Source: Vezdaea acicularis (taxonomy: Eukaryota). Taken from it: DNA of 43,729 bases. The position numbers and the translations under genes are program-made. The stretch's first letter is position 1. Every line of letters begins with the position of its first letter. Shown piece by piece: positions 1 through 12,977 of this stretch. The notes below the pieces were generated by a model. The model was not told the origin of the DNA. It did not search any database and saw only the letters and a list, made by a program, of their open reading frames with translations. Location of the stretch: assembly GCA_026025075.1 (NCBI GenBank), contig JAPEUI010000128.1, forward strand, positions 1 through 43,729, read 5' to 3'.

Positions 1-1923
1 ATGCATCTATCCATTCATTGCTTCTATTCTGGTGATATATACATCTACCTATCCCTCCATCCGTACATACATCCGTACATGCAACGAAGAAAGGACTAGG
101 CGCATCCCGTCGATTCCTCCGACCAGGGTGGTGCGGTGGAAGTGCAAGTGCAGCTCACTCCCCTCCTCTCTAGTCCACTCCTCTCCAGTCCAGCCCACTC
201 CATTCCGGCCCACTGAGTCCTCTCCAGCCCACTCAGTCATACCCCTCAAAAGACCAAAGCCCATGCCCGGCGGACGGACGGACGGAGGGCGTAGAATACG
301 GAAGTGAAATGAAGTAAGAAACCTCGATATCATTCTCTACCACCATATCCATCCGCGATCCACGATCCGCGATCTGCAAGAAAGAGGAAACAAAATACAA
401 CCCCCCCCCCGCCGCGCGGCATGAGTTTTGCCGTCGAGAAGATACCCCCAAAGAAGAGAAACAAGAAGAGAAGAGAAAAAGGGGGGGGGGGGGGTTGGCA
501 TAAAACACCATCATCACCACCACCGCCGCCGCCGTTGCCGATGAATGGATGAATGAATGAACAAATGAGTAGCCCCCCCCCCAGCTCCAACGACAATGAT
601 GATGATGGTTCATCCGGTCTGGTTGTCCGCGCGCGTGTGTATGCGAATATGTTGTTTTTATGAAAGGAAAGAAGGAAGTCTAATCAATCAATCAATCAAT
701 CGACCAACTCTTAGACTTTCCGCTAGAGTACAAGAAGGAGAGAAAAGGAAAGAGGGAAAGAGCCGGAGCATGCCCGGCCCCGAAAACAAAGGCTGGGGGG
801 GTATGTCAAGAAGAGGAAAAAAAAAAAAAAACGGAACGCAGGGAAAGAACCCCCAAAAAAGCCATCCCTCCCCCACCGGTGAAGCGTGTGCCCTGTCCCA
901 TATCTACCCAGCGCGTTTAAACTCCATCTATCCATCGCGGTAAAAAATGGAAAGTTGAAGTGATGTCCGTCCGGCCCAAGAAAGCAAAAAAAAAAAAAAG
1001 AGGTAGCAGCAGCAGGCAGTTCTAGAAAACAGGGGCTCCGGGGGTTATTTTCTCGGGTAGTGTTCGCCATCTTATGCAAGGTGTGTCTTGGTGTGATGTG
1101 TGGTTGTGTAGTATGCTTGATGCGATTGAAATGCTGCAGGCGCGATAATCTGAAAGATGATGCTCCCCATCCAAGTATTGCATGTGAAACGAGCAGGCTG
1201 CGCAAGACACAAAAAAAAGATGGTGACGAAGAAATTTAGGAGGTTGATAGTATGTCGGGTAACTAGGTGGCTGTCGAGAGATAGTGGAGGGTTTGGTGGT
1301 TGCCATGCTGACAAGAAGTCCCTTTTCTTCAAAATAGCTGTCACGGGCGGTTCAACGTTGATGATTTTCTTTTGACAGCTGGTTACCGAGGCAGCGAGCG
1401 ACGAGCGCGCGGAGGGTTTAGAGGTAAAGACCTGGAACGGCGTAGATATATCTCGGTGACGACGGATGCTCAAGTCCGCAACAGCGTCAACAAGTGCCTG
1501 AAAAGCTGGTAAGAGAAAGCTGGCAGGACATGCTCCGAAAAATAGCTGTTTGGAACAATAAACTGGCACGGATAGAGCTGCGAGACACGGTCGAGACCAT
1601 CCCCGATAAAGAAGGTGAGTCTTCTCCAGACAAGGCTGAACGGGGGAGGGGGGCAGGTCTGGATCCCCAAATCTTCAGTGGTGGAACCAGTTCTTGGTTT
1701 TTTTTTTTTTGGCAAATGGCATTTTCGGTAGCGATGTGATACAAGCTTTTCATTAATTGGACACATCTACGGAGATGGTTACCGCAGAGGGCTGCTACCA
1801 TGACGATGCGAGATAAACCCCTTTCCCCCTCTCTTCAAGGAGACGATCGTCCGTCGCGACAGACGACGACCACGGCCAGAGCGATATAGAACGGGTGTCT
1901 ATTGCTAGGGCAGTCTCTCTTTC

Positions 1924-4900
1924 TCAGCCTCCCCTTTGCTGCTCGGCATCTCTGGTGGCGCCTTCGCTGCCAGGCTTAGCGGAACCAAGGTCCATCTTGG
2001 CCTTGCTGTTACGCTTGCTCTTCGTCCTTTTCGAGTTGGGCTGCTGCCAGCCGTTCACTTGAGCACTTTCCCCCAGAAGTTGACCTGCCAACGGCTGCCT
2101 GTCGTACCCGGCAGGAGCGTTACCCATCGACAGGCGCTTCTCGTGCTCGATCAGACCTGGTGCTGGAGCGGGGGTAGGAGGAGGCTGCGGCTGCAGTGCC
2201 CTCACAGTTGGCAGAGAATGTCTCTTGTTATTGCCAGAGTAGCCCATCAACAACTCAGACTTCCTAGTCGTTGTGGGAGAAGGCGTCCGCATCTCCAGAA
2301 CTGGAGACAAGAGGGGTGCGAGCTGCTCCTTTTGATCTTCTCCGAAATTCCTAGAAGATGGAGACTGCATAGCCGGATGGGGAAGCGCGCTCACCCTTTC
2401 ATACGCGTTCTGTCGTTGAGGATACGAAAGACCACTCTGTAGAGAAGGTGAAGGCTGGGTGGGTTCTGAAAATTGCAATGGCAAGACGAGCGGACTTGGT
2501 GCCGACACCATTGGGTTTCTCGGAGCCATCGAGCCACCCATAGAGGTAGTCATCTCGTACGGAACATTGTCGGACTGATTGTGCAGCTCCATCAGCCTCT
2601 GAGCATAGCTAGGCTGCTCACTGGGATCGGTTGCGCCAAAATCTAACCTGTCCTGCGACTGACTGTCGGAGACACTCCCCGGCGTGTCAAAGCCGCGGTC
2701 GTCAGAGGTTGAAGTGCTTCCACTGAATGTCATTGGGACATATGCAGCAGTATCTGGCGGAACAAATGAGGCTGATCCGTCGACGATGACGGGGCCGACA
2801 TCTTCATGCCTGCGCACGCTGTTGGGCCTTGCGCCACGCTCGGAATTGTATGCAAAGGAGGACCCAGACCCATTCGTAGACACCCGCCCTCTCATCCTCG
2901 GCGATAATGATCCTGCCGGCATTGTAACATCCCCTGTAAAAGGTTCAGCCAAGGATGCTGGTGATGGGTGGTTGGAACGGCGGCGCAAGGACTCGTAAGG
3001 CGGTATCTGCTGAAGCACGACGTTCTGCGGCGACACTGGCTGCACAGGCTCGGCCGAGAAGCCAAACCCTATATACTCCTTCCGGGAGCTATCTTCCACA
3101 GCTGGCTGGATAAAGAGCGAACCGTCGTTTGTTGCCAGTATCGTACTTCCATCCTCAGTTGATACAATTGGAGCCCCCACCTGAGCAGTGATGGGATCAA
3201 TGGGTATATCCGGCACCGGATACATAGGATACGGTATTGGTGGAGGAGCATTTCGAGCCGCTGGCTGTGAATGCGATCTTATCGAAGCGGCATAGCTTCC
3301 AGGAACAGATCCTCGGTGTATACTCCTCCGAGATTCCGGCATGGCAGGGTTGAGAGATGGGGATGGAGGATTCGTACTTGTCCTCTGTTGCTGAAGCGCT
3401 ACAGGAAACTGCGGATACAAGTACACTTCTTGACGGAATGCTGGATTCGCATTCGTGTTCTCCTCGCCAGCTATAGGTGACTCACGAAAGAGCGGGTCAT
3501 GTGGGTTTGGTGCTCGCATGAGGAGCTGACCATCCGGGTGAACGAAAGCACGCTGCTCATTCACTCTCTGCAGGTTCCTCAACTCATTCTCTCGTAGTCG
3601 TAGGTATTGAAAATACCTGTAGAGATCTTGCTGTACTTTGTTCTGTTGAGCTTGCGCTTGGACAGCGAATTCGTTGGCCGAAGTCCCGATCTGAGGTTGA
3701 TGTAGCGGGTTGACATGTCCGTTGGCTATATTTGGCATGAAAGTTGCTCCACCCGAAGCCCGGCGGGGCTGGTGTTGGTATTGCCGATTCGACTGGCTCG
3801 AATTCGACTTTGGTGCCCGAGTCGTCGCACTTCCACCTTTTCCACCCCTGCCATGATGAGACTTGGGAGGTGGTGGTCGTTCAAAGACAGGCAGAGGCTT
3901 CGGAGGCGGCCTCTCCCAGATACGCTCCTCCTCTCTGGGAAAGACATACGGCTCGCAGCATTTGGCGAGATCGACGTCGTCAGAGATGCAAGAAAATGCT
4001 CGCCGCAATTCCAGATGTAAGCCTCGGAATGAAAAGTCATCGGCCGTGTTTCCGAGATTCCGAACAATATTGAATGGCTCTTCAACGCATAGTCGGTTGT
4101 TCTGACCGATATGCCAGCCCTTCTCCGTCTTCGGTATTATTCTCCCCTGTCGAACTGAGATTACGCTCGCTTCGTAGTCCAGTTCGTGCCCGTAACGGCG
4201 AAAGAAGTGGAACAGAAGCTCCCCAAGCGTTTCTTTGTTCTGTCGGCCAAAACCTGATAGTTGCTCGAGGTTGTCCGCAAATTGGGTAGTGAGGTTTGTT
4301 GCTTCGTGAGGGCGCTCACGAAGTCTTTCGTGTAAAGATGGCAAGACAGGCGGCTTTCGAGTTTGGAGGAAGTTGATGATCATGCATATCCAAGTGTACG
4401 AGCTCAAAGTGCCTCCCAATGCTGACGCAATCTGATTAGCCGGAGTTCATTCTGAACTTCCAATCTTGCAGAGCTTACCGGCGTCGTTTAATATCCGATT
4501 CTTTGTCCAGTGTTTGATAATCATAGCAAGCGGGCGAACACGCTCATCTATCAAAACATATGTCTTGATCATTCTAGTATTCTCCAGCGCCAACGTGTTG
4601 TTGACGTTCATATCGCATGCTACTTGGAACTCAGGGTCCCAAATCTTTACGATGGGTACCTTCGCGGTAGACACACACACCACCTTCTCCATCCCTTCTA
4701 CGAAAAGTCAGCGAGATATGAGAGAGAGAGAGAGGTGCTTAGGAGCTGACATACTACGCGCAAGTAATTTCGCAATCTTGCAGACCTTCTCTAGTTCCTT
4801 TAACGAGGTGGTGATACAGACGTCCACTGCATCCTTGTTAGCACTCGGTCGAGTTGTCAGGGTGAGGTGAAGAGGACTGACCGTCAGAGTCGTTGCTGCA

Positions 4901-5881
4901 CAACATGTTCCCCGACGATCCAAAGACGTGGACCTTGATGTCATTGCCCGGCCATTCCTCGTTCAGGATATTCTCAAGCTTCTCAAGGAACTTCGCTCTC
5001 CGTCTCTCGCTCTCCGCGTCTGGTAGTAACCGATTGTAGAGTTCTCTCATGTCTGTTGTCAGGTCCTGCTCGTCCTTCCTAGACAGCTTCGCCTTGATCG
5101 TCCGCTTCTCTTTCTCCAACTTTTCACCACCAAGGGAGTATGGCATTCGCCGACGCGCTCTCGCCATGCCGGCCTCAAACGGACAGCCATCGAGCTGGTT
5201 CCGGAATGGAACGGTAGTTGTGTGTGATTCGGAGTGGACAGATCGGGGTGAGTTATTCACCGCCGCATGTGGAGAGGGCGATCTCGAGCCTGCTAGTCTC
5301 CGCGAATGTGTTTGCGGGGTGGACGGTACCGAAACGGAGAAAGTGGACGATCTGTGATTGGGAAGAGGCGGACGGCTTGACGATTGCGAGGAACCGGCAT
5401 TGGCGCCTGGCATCTTTGATTTGTTCTTGGTCGATGTCATGGTCGAGATACCTCCTCTCGGATCGCCTGCGTGAAAATTGATCCCATGTCCCCCTTGTGC
5501 CGATGCGTGATGAGAGAGCGAGTGGCGATTGTACCCACGACCCGGCGCCGAGTCCTGTCGTCTGTGAGTTTCTCGCGCCTGTTGCAGCGGTGCTGGAGGC
5601 GGAAATAATATAGGATACTGCACGAGGTGCGTTTGGAACGGGTTGGGCAGGGTGGTGAGCTGGAGATGAGGTGGATAGAAGGGCAGATAGACGGGCAGGA
5701 ATGTGGTGTGAGAAGGGATCGCCTCGTGCCGACCTTTGATTGGCGGGGAGGTGTTGAACAAGGTCGAAAGGCCTGCGAGCTGGCGGGTGGAAGAATTGGG
5801 TTTGGTGGTAGCAGTGTAGTGGGCGTAGTGGTGAGAAGAATATAAGGTGTCACGCTCGTTTCCGCCTTTGTTGCCCCCCAT
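1924..5881 (-). CDS. cutA: Cid1/CutA-family non-canonical terminal RNA nucleotidyltransferase (PAP/25A-associated domain), ~1262 aa, 4 exons
   Basis: Exons 5881-4882, 4826-4755, 4697-4479, 4421-1924 with GT..AG introns and branch points; spliced length 3789 nt, in frame. Pol-beta NTase motif FGSSGNMLCSNDSDVDVC, third Asp in ACDMNVNN, GGTLSSY, and nucleotide-recognition motif LCVEEPFNIVRNLGN. Long disordered N- and C-terminal tails. Start codon uncertain (5881 or a downstream ATG). Family call is firm; the symbol is tentative. Confidence 0.88.
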
Positions 5882-8607
5882 GAACTCTGCTCGGACAAAC
5901 GATCCAAAATGGCGACGAGCCTCCGCACCCGAGCTTCAAATTCGTCTGGATGCTCAGCGCCGCCAGACACCCAGGACAAAGCGGTGAGGATTCGGGGGTT
6001 GAGGCGGACCACGAAGAGCCAGACTCGAGAGAGAAATAGGGAGAGGGAGAGAGAGGGGCAGCAACAATGACGGGCAAAGGGTCAGACCGCAACGTCCTAC
6101 ACGGGGCGAGGTGAGCGTAGGGCAGGCGCGCAGGCAGTGGCCCTGGGTCCTCGGGCTTCGCAGCAGCTCACTTGCGTCCGGTCCTTCTCGGCAAAAGCCT
6201 GGGAGTCACCTTCGTCGCTCCGTCTGGGCAGAGACGGCAAATGGAAGGCAAACGGGCAGGTGTACACGTGACGGAGCGCAGTCCGGAGCAGAGAGCAGAG
6301 GGCCCCCTTCAGCGGTCGATCGATCGGGCGGCCGTCGCACCGTACAGATACGAGTAAAGAATACGAGTAAATTGCTTGTCTGCTGGCGCCGTCTGGCAAG
6401 CTGCTTGAGGCGGTAAAGGTGAACTGGGCTCCAATGGGTGATCGCTAGAGCTGCAACGCTAAGAGATGTTCATTTCATTGACTTGTGAAGCAACGCGCTT
6501 CTCATATATATAGGGAAACCTCTGAGGACTCGAGTCCAGGGCAATTTCTATCAAAAGCATCATTCACGTCCTGTGTTTACGTTGACCAATCCGTTCTGCC
6601 TTGCTTGGGTGATGGCAGGGCATTCCAGCTCGAGCCACAGTTTCAAAAGGGCGAGCTTCGAAGGGGTTGAGCCACACCAGCATCCAGCATTTCTGCAGTA
6701 AGCCTACCATCACCGGCCCACGTTGTGTAGCCTCAACGGGGGCTCGAGTCTGTATCCATCCATATGCAGCGGCGCGAGGGTGTTGATGGGTGCAGCTCTG
6801 GCTGCTGTGCCATCTGCTGAGCAGAGTCGCGAATCCCCTTTAGGAAGCTGAAGGTGGCGCTGAATGTGGCACGTACGGGTTACAAAGACGAGTCCAGACG
6901 GCGGCTTTGTGCAGAGCGCCAGGAGGCACGAGAGTTGCAGTGCAACTCATGAATGGCGAGGCAACCCCGTCCCAGCCAAGCTGCTCCGAGTGTCGGATCG
7001 CCGGCAACGAGGCGTTCTCTCGGACGGTCGAGCATGGAAGACTCCGAATGCGATGTGGAACGTCGCTGAGATGATGTTGACGATGAAACGAGAGCGAGCT
7101 CCCTGCTCTTCGCTTCGTCCTCAGAGCTCACAAGCATCACCACAGTGCCCATGCACGCCGATGCCAGCCCAGCGGCGCGCTCAACCCATGTCTCTGGCGC
7201 CCGGCGTTCCTTCAATGCTTCATTATCGATAGGGGGTAAATCAGCCCTGCAGAACACTCGAAATCTCCCCGTAAGCGCCCATCCATCGCGGGAATGGCAG
7301 CGACAGGAAGCGCGACGGACGTGACGACTCCAGGATCCCGTGCAGATTGCGGGGTGACGGATCGTCGAGCGGGACCGCCGCTCTCAATGGACCGTCCTTG
7401 CCGCCCGCGGCTTGTGCCAGTCGACCTCGAGCGGAGACAAAGACTGGTCGGCGAGCCAAGCGTACTGGACTCGTGCGCCTAATACCTAACGTCACGGCCT
7501 GCCCTTGGAATTCAGGTGGCTGCTTCGTGCGCTTGTGGGAATTATGACGGAGTCTCGAGAAAAGCAAGTCGGGGGATCCCTTCTCGGGACCTTCTGGAAA
7601 AGAGACGATGGAGATTGGAAAGGGGCCTGTCCTCTTGTCGCTTAAGCAGGGGGGGTTCCGTTGCCGAGGCCCATCGCGGGCAGATCCGTCGCGGCGCCGT
7701 CAAAGCTTCTGTTGGGACTTTTCCCTCAAGCTCGATCCAGAGAAATAAAGCTGAATGACCAAACAGAGTCTCACAAGCCAACGTGATTTCATAGTTCATC
7801 AGCAGACCACCATACAGATCGAGTGCTTCGACGCAAATTCGGCCGTTTGGAAAACGCTATGGCGGACCTTTCCTCTCCAGCCAATCAGACTCCACCGCGT
7901 TTCTCCCGCCGCCGAAAAAGCGCAACACCACCACGAAGCATTTCCCCACATCTCACATCTCCCATCTGACTCCCCCAAACCCCATCTACCACCCCCATCG
8001 CCCACGCACAGCCAGCGCATCAATCACAAACCAGAGACACAAGCCGCACCCGCCACATGGTCCAATGACGGGCTATCCCCTCGCTGCTTCTATGGAGCTG
8101 CCCCCATGGAGCCCACCCCGGCAATAGCAGAACCACCCGACTGTATCGAGCACGTTGCATTGTTCGTCGTGACGATTTCCCGCCTTCTACCCAAATGGGA
8201 GTCTGATCGTGAGTAGAAGGACGAGGAGGACGAGGCCAGCGAACAACGTCCCTGACGTGGCTGTGTGCAGCTTTGGATATATGAGATGGTACGAGCGTTG
8301 TGCCCAGCACCTCGACGAGGGACCTTCCATCGCAGCTTCATCCGCCCTCGAACGAATAGGCACCGCGGAGACGTAACTTTTCAACCTCTCGTCGTGAAGA
8401 CTCCAGACTTAAACGCCCCAACCAACTCCGATGGAGCGCTAGCACAGGAGTCAGTCCTCCCCCCTCCAACTCCTACTACAATCCTCTAACAATGCATACC
8501 ACTCCCAAGCCCCTCCCACAATCCCACCACACCATAGCTCATCCCTCGGAAACCCCCCCTCTCCCGACCCCAACTCATACCCCCAAGAACCCCACGAACA
8601 ACAAAAA

Positions 8608-8892
8608 ATGGCGACCTCGAAAACCCTCGCAGTCCTCCTCCCCCTCCTCTTCGCCCTCATCCTCCTCATCGCCGCCGTCGTCGTCTTCTACTGCTTCTGC
8701 ACCAACCCGCGCGCCCTCGTCCGCAGCTGGCCCGCAGACGTCGAGAAGGGCGAAGCCGGAGGTGGTGGTGAGGACGGGGGTGGAGGAGGAGAGGAAGGGG
8801 GAGGAGGGGATGAGGGCGGTGCTGGAGGTGGGGGAGAGGAAGAAGGTGGGCCGGGAGAGGAGGTTATTGAGGTTGTGGAAGTTCTCGAGTAG
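8608..8892 (+). CDS. Small single-pass membrane protein with Gly/Glu-rich acidic tail (94 aa)
   Basis: AAAAATGG start context; hydrophobic helix LAVLLPLLFALILLIAAVVVF followed by YCFC, then DVEKG and a G/E low-complexity tail; C-ending codon bias in the first half. Confidence 0.6.
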   Translation: MATSKTLAVLLPLLFALILLIAAVVVFYCFCTNPRALVRSWPADVEKGEAGGGGEDGGGGGEEGGGGDEGGAGGGGEEEGGPGEEVIEVVEVLE

Positions 8893-9958
8893 GCGGGATA
8901 GATGGGGGGGGCTGGTTTGGGTGACGGGAGCGGACGGGAGGAGGGCGGAGAAGAGCGGAGCTTGCGCCAGCGGAAGTCGTGGGGGGGAAGTGGAAACGTA
9001 TGAACGGCTCACGTTCCTCTAAAGAAAACATAAACCCTAAAACACCTCCCTCCTCCAATCAGAACATCTCCCCCATGAAGCATCAACTCCACAGCACGAG
9101 CCGGAGAAAGCGCCATACTCCACTTCGCACGTGTGAGACGGAACGCCAGGTGCAAGTTGCCGGAACAGACGGAACTCTCTCTTGAGAAAAGTAAGCCTTT
9201 CTCGGAACTACATCACGCGAGAAAAAAAGCTTCTTTCCTCCCCCCTCCACCCCGGCCGGGCGCCATGAAGCTTCAACCGCGAGCATAAGTCCCAACCCAC
9301 CAAACCTGCCCCCCCTTCTCTCCCCTCCCTCCTTCCTCTACTCCGATATCAAAATCCAAATACCACCACAGACCCTTCTCCCCAAAATCCCCTAGCTGAG
9401 CGATACACGTACGTTACTGTCGAGCGCGGGGATAGCGGTTTGCTTTATTCGCTGGGGCTCACTGGCTTTCGCGCCGGGGGGACTCGCTAAAGCAGGCGAT
9501 GCATGGACTCGGCGTCATCCCCATGTCACCGCGTTCCCGCTCCGGCGCGCACGTACCAAGCTCTGTAAGCAGGTAAGCAGGCCGGGCGGACCGGGGAGCT
9601 GTGTGAGGGAGAGCTGCTTCGGAAAGGTCGGATCGGATGGCATGGAAGGGAAGGGCGTATGCGTGAGTACTTAGATACATGAATAGTAGATAGAGAGGGA
9701 AAGAGAAAGAGATCAAAGGTTTCCCACACATCGCGGAGTTTCGAGTATCAATCCCACTGCCGTCGCAGCAGCAGCAGTAGCAGGACTTGCCCCGAGCCCG
9801 CGAGCACACACGAGCATATTCCTCATCGCCAAGTATTCATCCATAACATCACGATACCGACCTTACCAGCGGAGCAAGCCCGCAACCCACGCAGCCGGTC
9901 TGCTGCAAAACACACATAACCGGCCAAGACGAGCGGGCATACGGCGGACGGAGAAGAA

Positions 9959-10982
9959 ATGCAGCTCGAGCGCGCGCGAGAGCGGAAGAGGCTGGGCATG
10001 TCTCGATTTCGGTGCGTAATACAGTGTACACGAGAAGCCCAGTGGGCTTCAGAGCTACAACCCCTTAAAACCCGCAGCACTTCAGAGGGAAAAAAAAAGC
10101 TAACGCGTTTGTCACGGAATAGGATAATAGCCATCACGCTGGCGGTGCTGTCGGCGGCGTTTAATGTGCTGGCGGCGTACCTGTTCCACCAGCTGCCGGA
10201 GGATCCGCGTCAGGTGGCCTGGGGGTTCGCCATGTATTCGCATCTGGGGAGTGTGTTGGCTCTGTTGGGGGTTATTGGGGGGGTGAGGGTGAGTTGATTT
10301 CTTCACATGTGGGGTTGATTGGTTTTTGGGGGGAGGGGGGGACGAGGGAGGAAGAAGGGGGGAGCTTGATGAAGAGGAGGAGGAGCGGATATGAAGAAAC
10401 GCTGATGAAGTGAAAGTGTGGAGAGAGAAGGGGGAAGAAGCTGAAAAAGATATACTGACCGGGTCATTCAAACAGGAGCACGCCTTCTCCCTCGCCGTCT
10501 TCGCAAACTACTTCCTCGTCGACACCGTCGTCTGCTCGATCCCGCGTTTCCTCGCCCTCTACCTCGTCTCCGGCGTGCGTGACCACCTCTGCAGCCCCGA
10601 CCTCATCCTCCAACCCACTATACTAGCCTACCACCCCTCTTCTTCCTCCGCCGCATTGGCATCGACCGCGGCATCCTTTAACGCGTACAAAGACGACTAC
10701 CGGGCCGACGAGGTGGAGAGCTCGTGGGGCCAGCCTGGGAGCGGGTGGTCTGAGCGCGACTGCAGGCGCGTGCTGTGGGTCGTGCAAGCGGCGGCATTCG
10801 TAGCGGTTGTCGGCGTGACGTTCGTCAAGTTCGTCTTTGCGTTGCAGGTCAGGGAGTATGCGCTTCGGTTGATGAAGAGGGGGGAGGGGAAGAGTGAGAG
10901 GGAGGAAGAGAAGGCGGCGTTAGGTGAGAAGGGGAGAAGGAAGTCGGTGGAGAAGGGCTGGGGAAGCAAGTCGTTGATATAG
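9959..10982 (+). CDS. Hypothetical ~4-TM membrane protein (tetraspanin-like topology), 3 exons
   Basis: Introns 10012-10122 (GTGCGT..GCTAAC..TAG) and 10289-10475 (GTGAGT..CTGAC..CAG) join ORFs 9959 and 10410. Three N-terminal hydrophobic helices, a Cys-containing loop, a fourth helix and a charged tail. Start at 9959 or 9998. Confidence 0.75.
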
Positions 10983-12956
10983 GGGATAGAGATATCGGGA
11001 TGTCTCTTTCAGGATATAAGTGGGAAGATTGAGAATGGCTATACCATGTTGTTCCGTACTCGTTTAGGGCGTAATGTGAAAAATGATGTTATGAACACGG
11101 ACTTCATTTCCTCGGCATGTGGACTTCGGAACCTGCTTTTTGGGAGCGTCGAGACCCTGAGAAAGTCCTCAAGGGGGTGGATCTTGCGAGATCCTTTTAG
11201 GATATGAGCTGGTAGATCAGGGATGATTATACCGATCTATCCAGTACCCATCCATAGTGTAACGAGAGAATAGAAGTTCATGAATATCAGCTTCGTTTCC
11301 TCTGTACGTGTAGTTTGGAACGTGCTCCCCAGCCGCGCCGAGACCCCAAGAAATTTGCTCATGCAAACAAGAAGCTGGTCTTGGGGGGTCATCTTTTTCG
11401 TTTGTCGTTGGGCAACTTCCAATGGACCGTTGCCTTTATAGCGAAGGAAGGATACGCCACCAAGATGGAAACTCACACACGCCCTATTTATCCGGTGTAC
11501 TCTCTTATAGCTCCGAGTAACGGGCTCAATCGTGCTGGAAGAAGGAGAGGATCACCCCAAGATGACGAGCACGAAGCAGTGTTTCCGCTCGAGGGAAGAC
11601 AGCGGATCAGGGTCCATCAAGGGGTGGGCCGCTCGATCGAGGAGATGCAACCTTCAACCAAGTTCGGCGTATTCTCCTGCCTGTCATTGCGCCAGAGAAG
11701 CATGCGCCAGGGATAAGCTTCCAGCATGCAGTCTCCGTGGCGTGAGATGTAGATAGCGAGGTCAGCCACACGACGAAGATATCGTGGTGTTAACACAGCG
11801 TTTCTGGCATGTGCAGTCCCAGGAACAAAGGTCAAAAGAGCAGCTGAAGCCCTAAAAGCATGCAGTCAGCTTCTCGAGCCAAGAGCGCATCCCTCCATCC
11901 ACGAGGCTACTGCACGCATGCACCAGGTCTCGGTTATATGGACGACCCGTCCACCCTCGTACAGTAGACTCTGCGACAAGGCTGCCAATGACACCAGCGA
12001 CGGGCGACGGCGGCTCCATGCAACCTGCGACGATGCTGTGCAGATGCGCTCCGGCGATTGTCATCGAGCTAACGGTATCGCTGTTTGCAAATCCTCTCGT
12101 TGCCACGGGCTCATCCCCAGGATATCATGGGCCGCTTGACCGAACGCTAGCTACTTTAGAGGACTTTCTCTCTCTGGGGAGCCTTCCGTCACCCCGCATT
12201 CTCGTGACGTGAAACGACCCGGTGTGAGGTGTGGACTTTTCCCCCGACGCGACACCAATTGGCATCGAGATCGAGCTGCTCGACCCATCCGGCTCTTGGC
12301 ACGCCTGCGTGCACGTCGTCGCATCTGGACTTATGCGATCGTGTTCCTCCCTTGTCAAGGCTGCCTCCCCCGCGCGCAAGACGATACATGACGTCGCCTT
12401 ATCCTGGATCTCCAAGATGATAGTCCTCTCCGGCCGGTGGGCAAAATCCCGCGAAGTGGATCTTCCATCTTCTCTTCGACCTCCTCAAGCTGCCACGCTA
12501 TCGATAAGCCGCTCCATCTGCATCACATCCTTACGTTTCTCTCGTGCTCGAAGGGAGAGTAGGAGGGAAAAGTGGAGCAAGCCAAGTCATGTGTAGATGC
12601 GAGATGCTGGTGCGAGCTATTCCCGTCCATGCGCCTTCTGCGATTGTGATCGAAATGTTGGCCCAGAGAAAGGTCGTTCGATAGCAGGCTAGTTATAGCT
12701 GCAGCTTCTGAGCAGCCTCCCCGCCGTTGCTTACCGTAGAGCGGATCCACAACGCCCACGACACCGACGACGCTCTTTCTCTCCCTTTCGGTGACGGTGA
12801 TCCCTGCTCCATCGTGAAGTGGGACCGAGCAAGCGAAATGAACAGCGGCCGCACCAGTGGCGCGCACCATATCCAGGCGAACGGGTTGCTGGATTCAAAC
12901 GGCAGAATCGTTGAGGCTGGTCTGAGGCAGAGAAAGGGCTGCTCCGAGAGAGCAAG

Positions 12957-12977
12957 GACGGACGGACGGACGGACGG
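12957..12977 (+). repeat. (GACG)n tetranucleotide microsatellite
   Basis: GACGGACGGACGGACGGACGG read directly; shorter copies near 272 and, inverted, near 14283. Confidence 0.8.

Noticed and set aside
6420..8450. Overlapping short ORFs in the interval upstream of cutA
   Set aside because: No coding signature, intron chain or recognisable RNA motif; treated as regulatory intergenic DNA.
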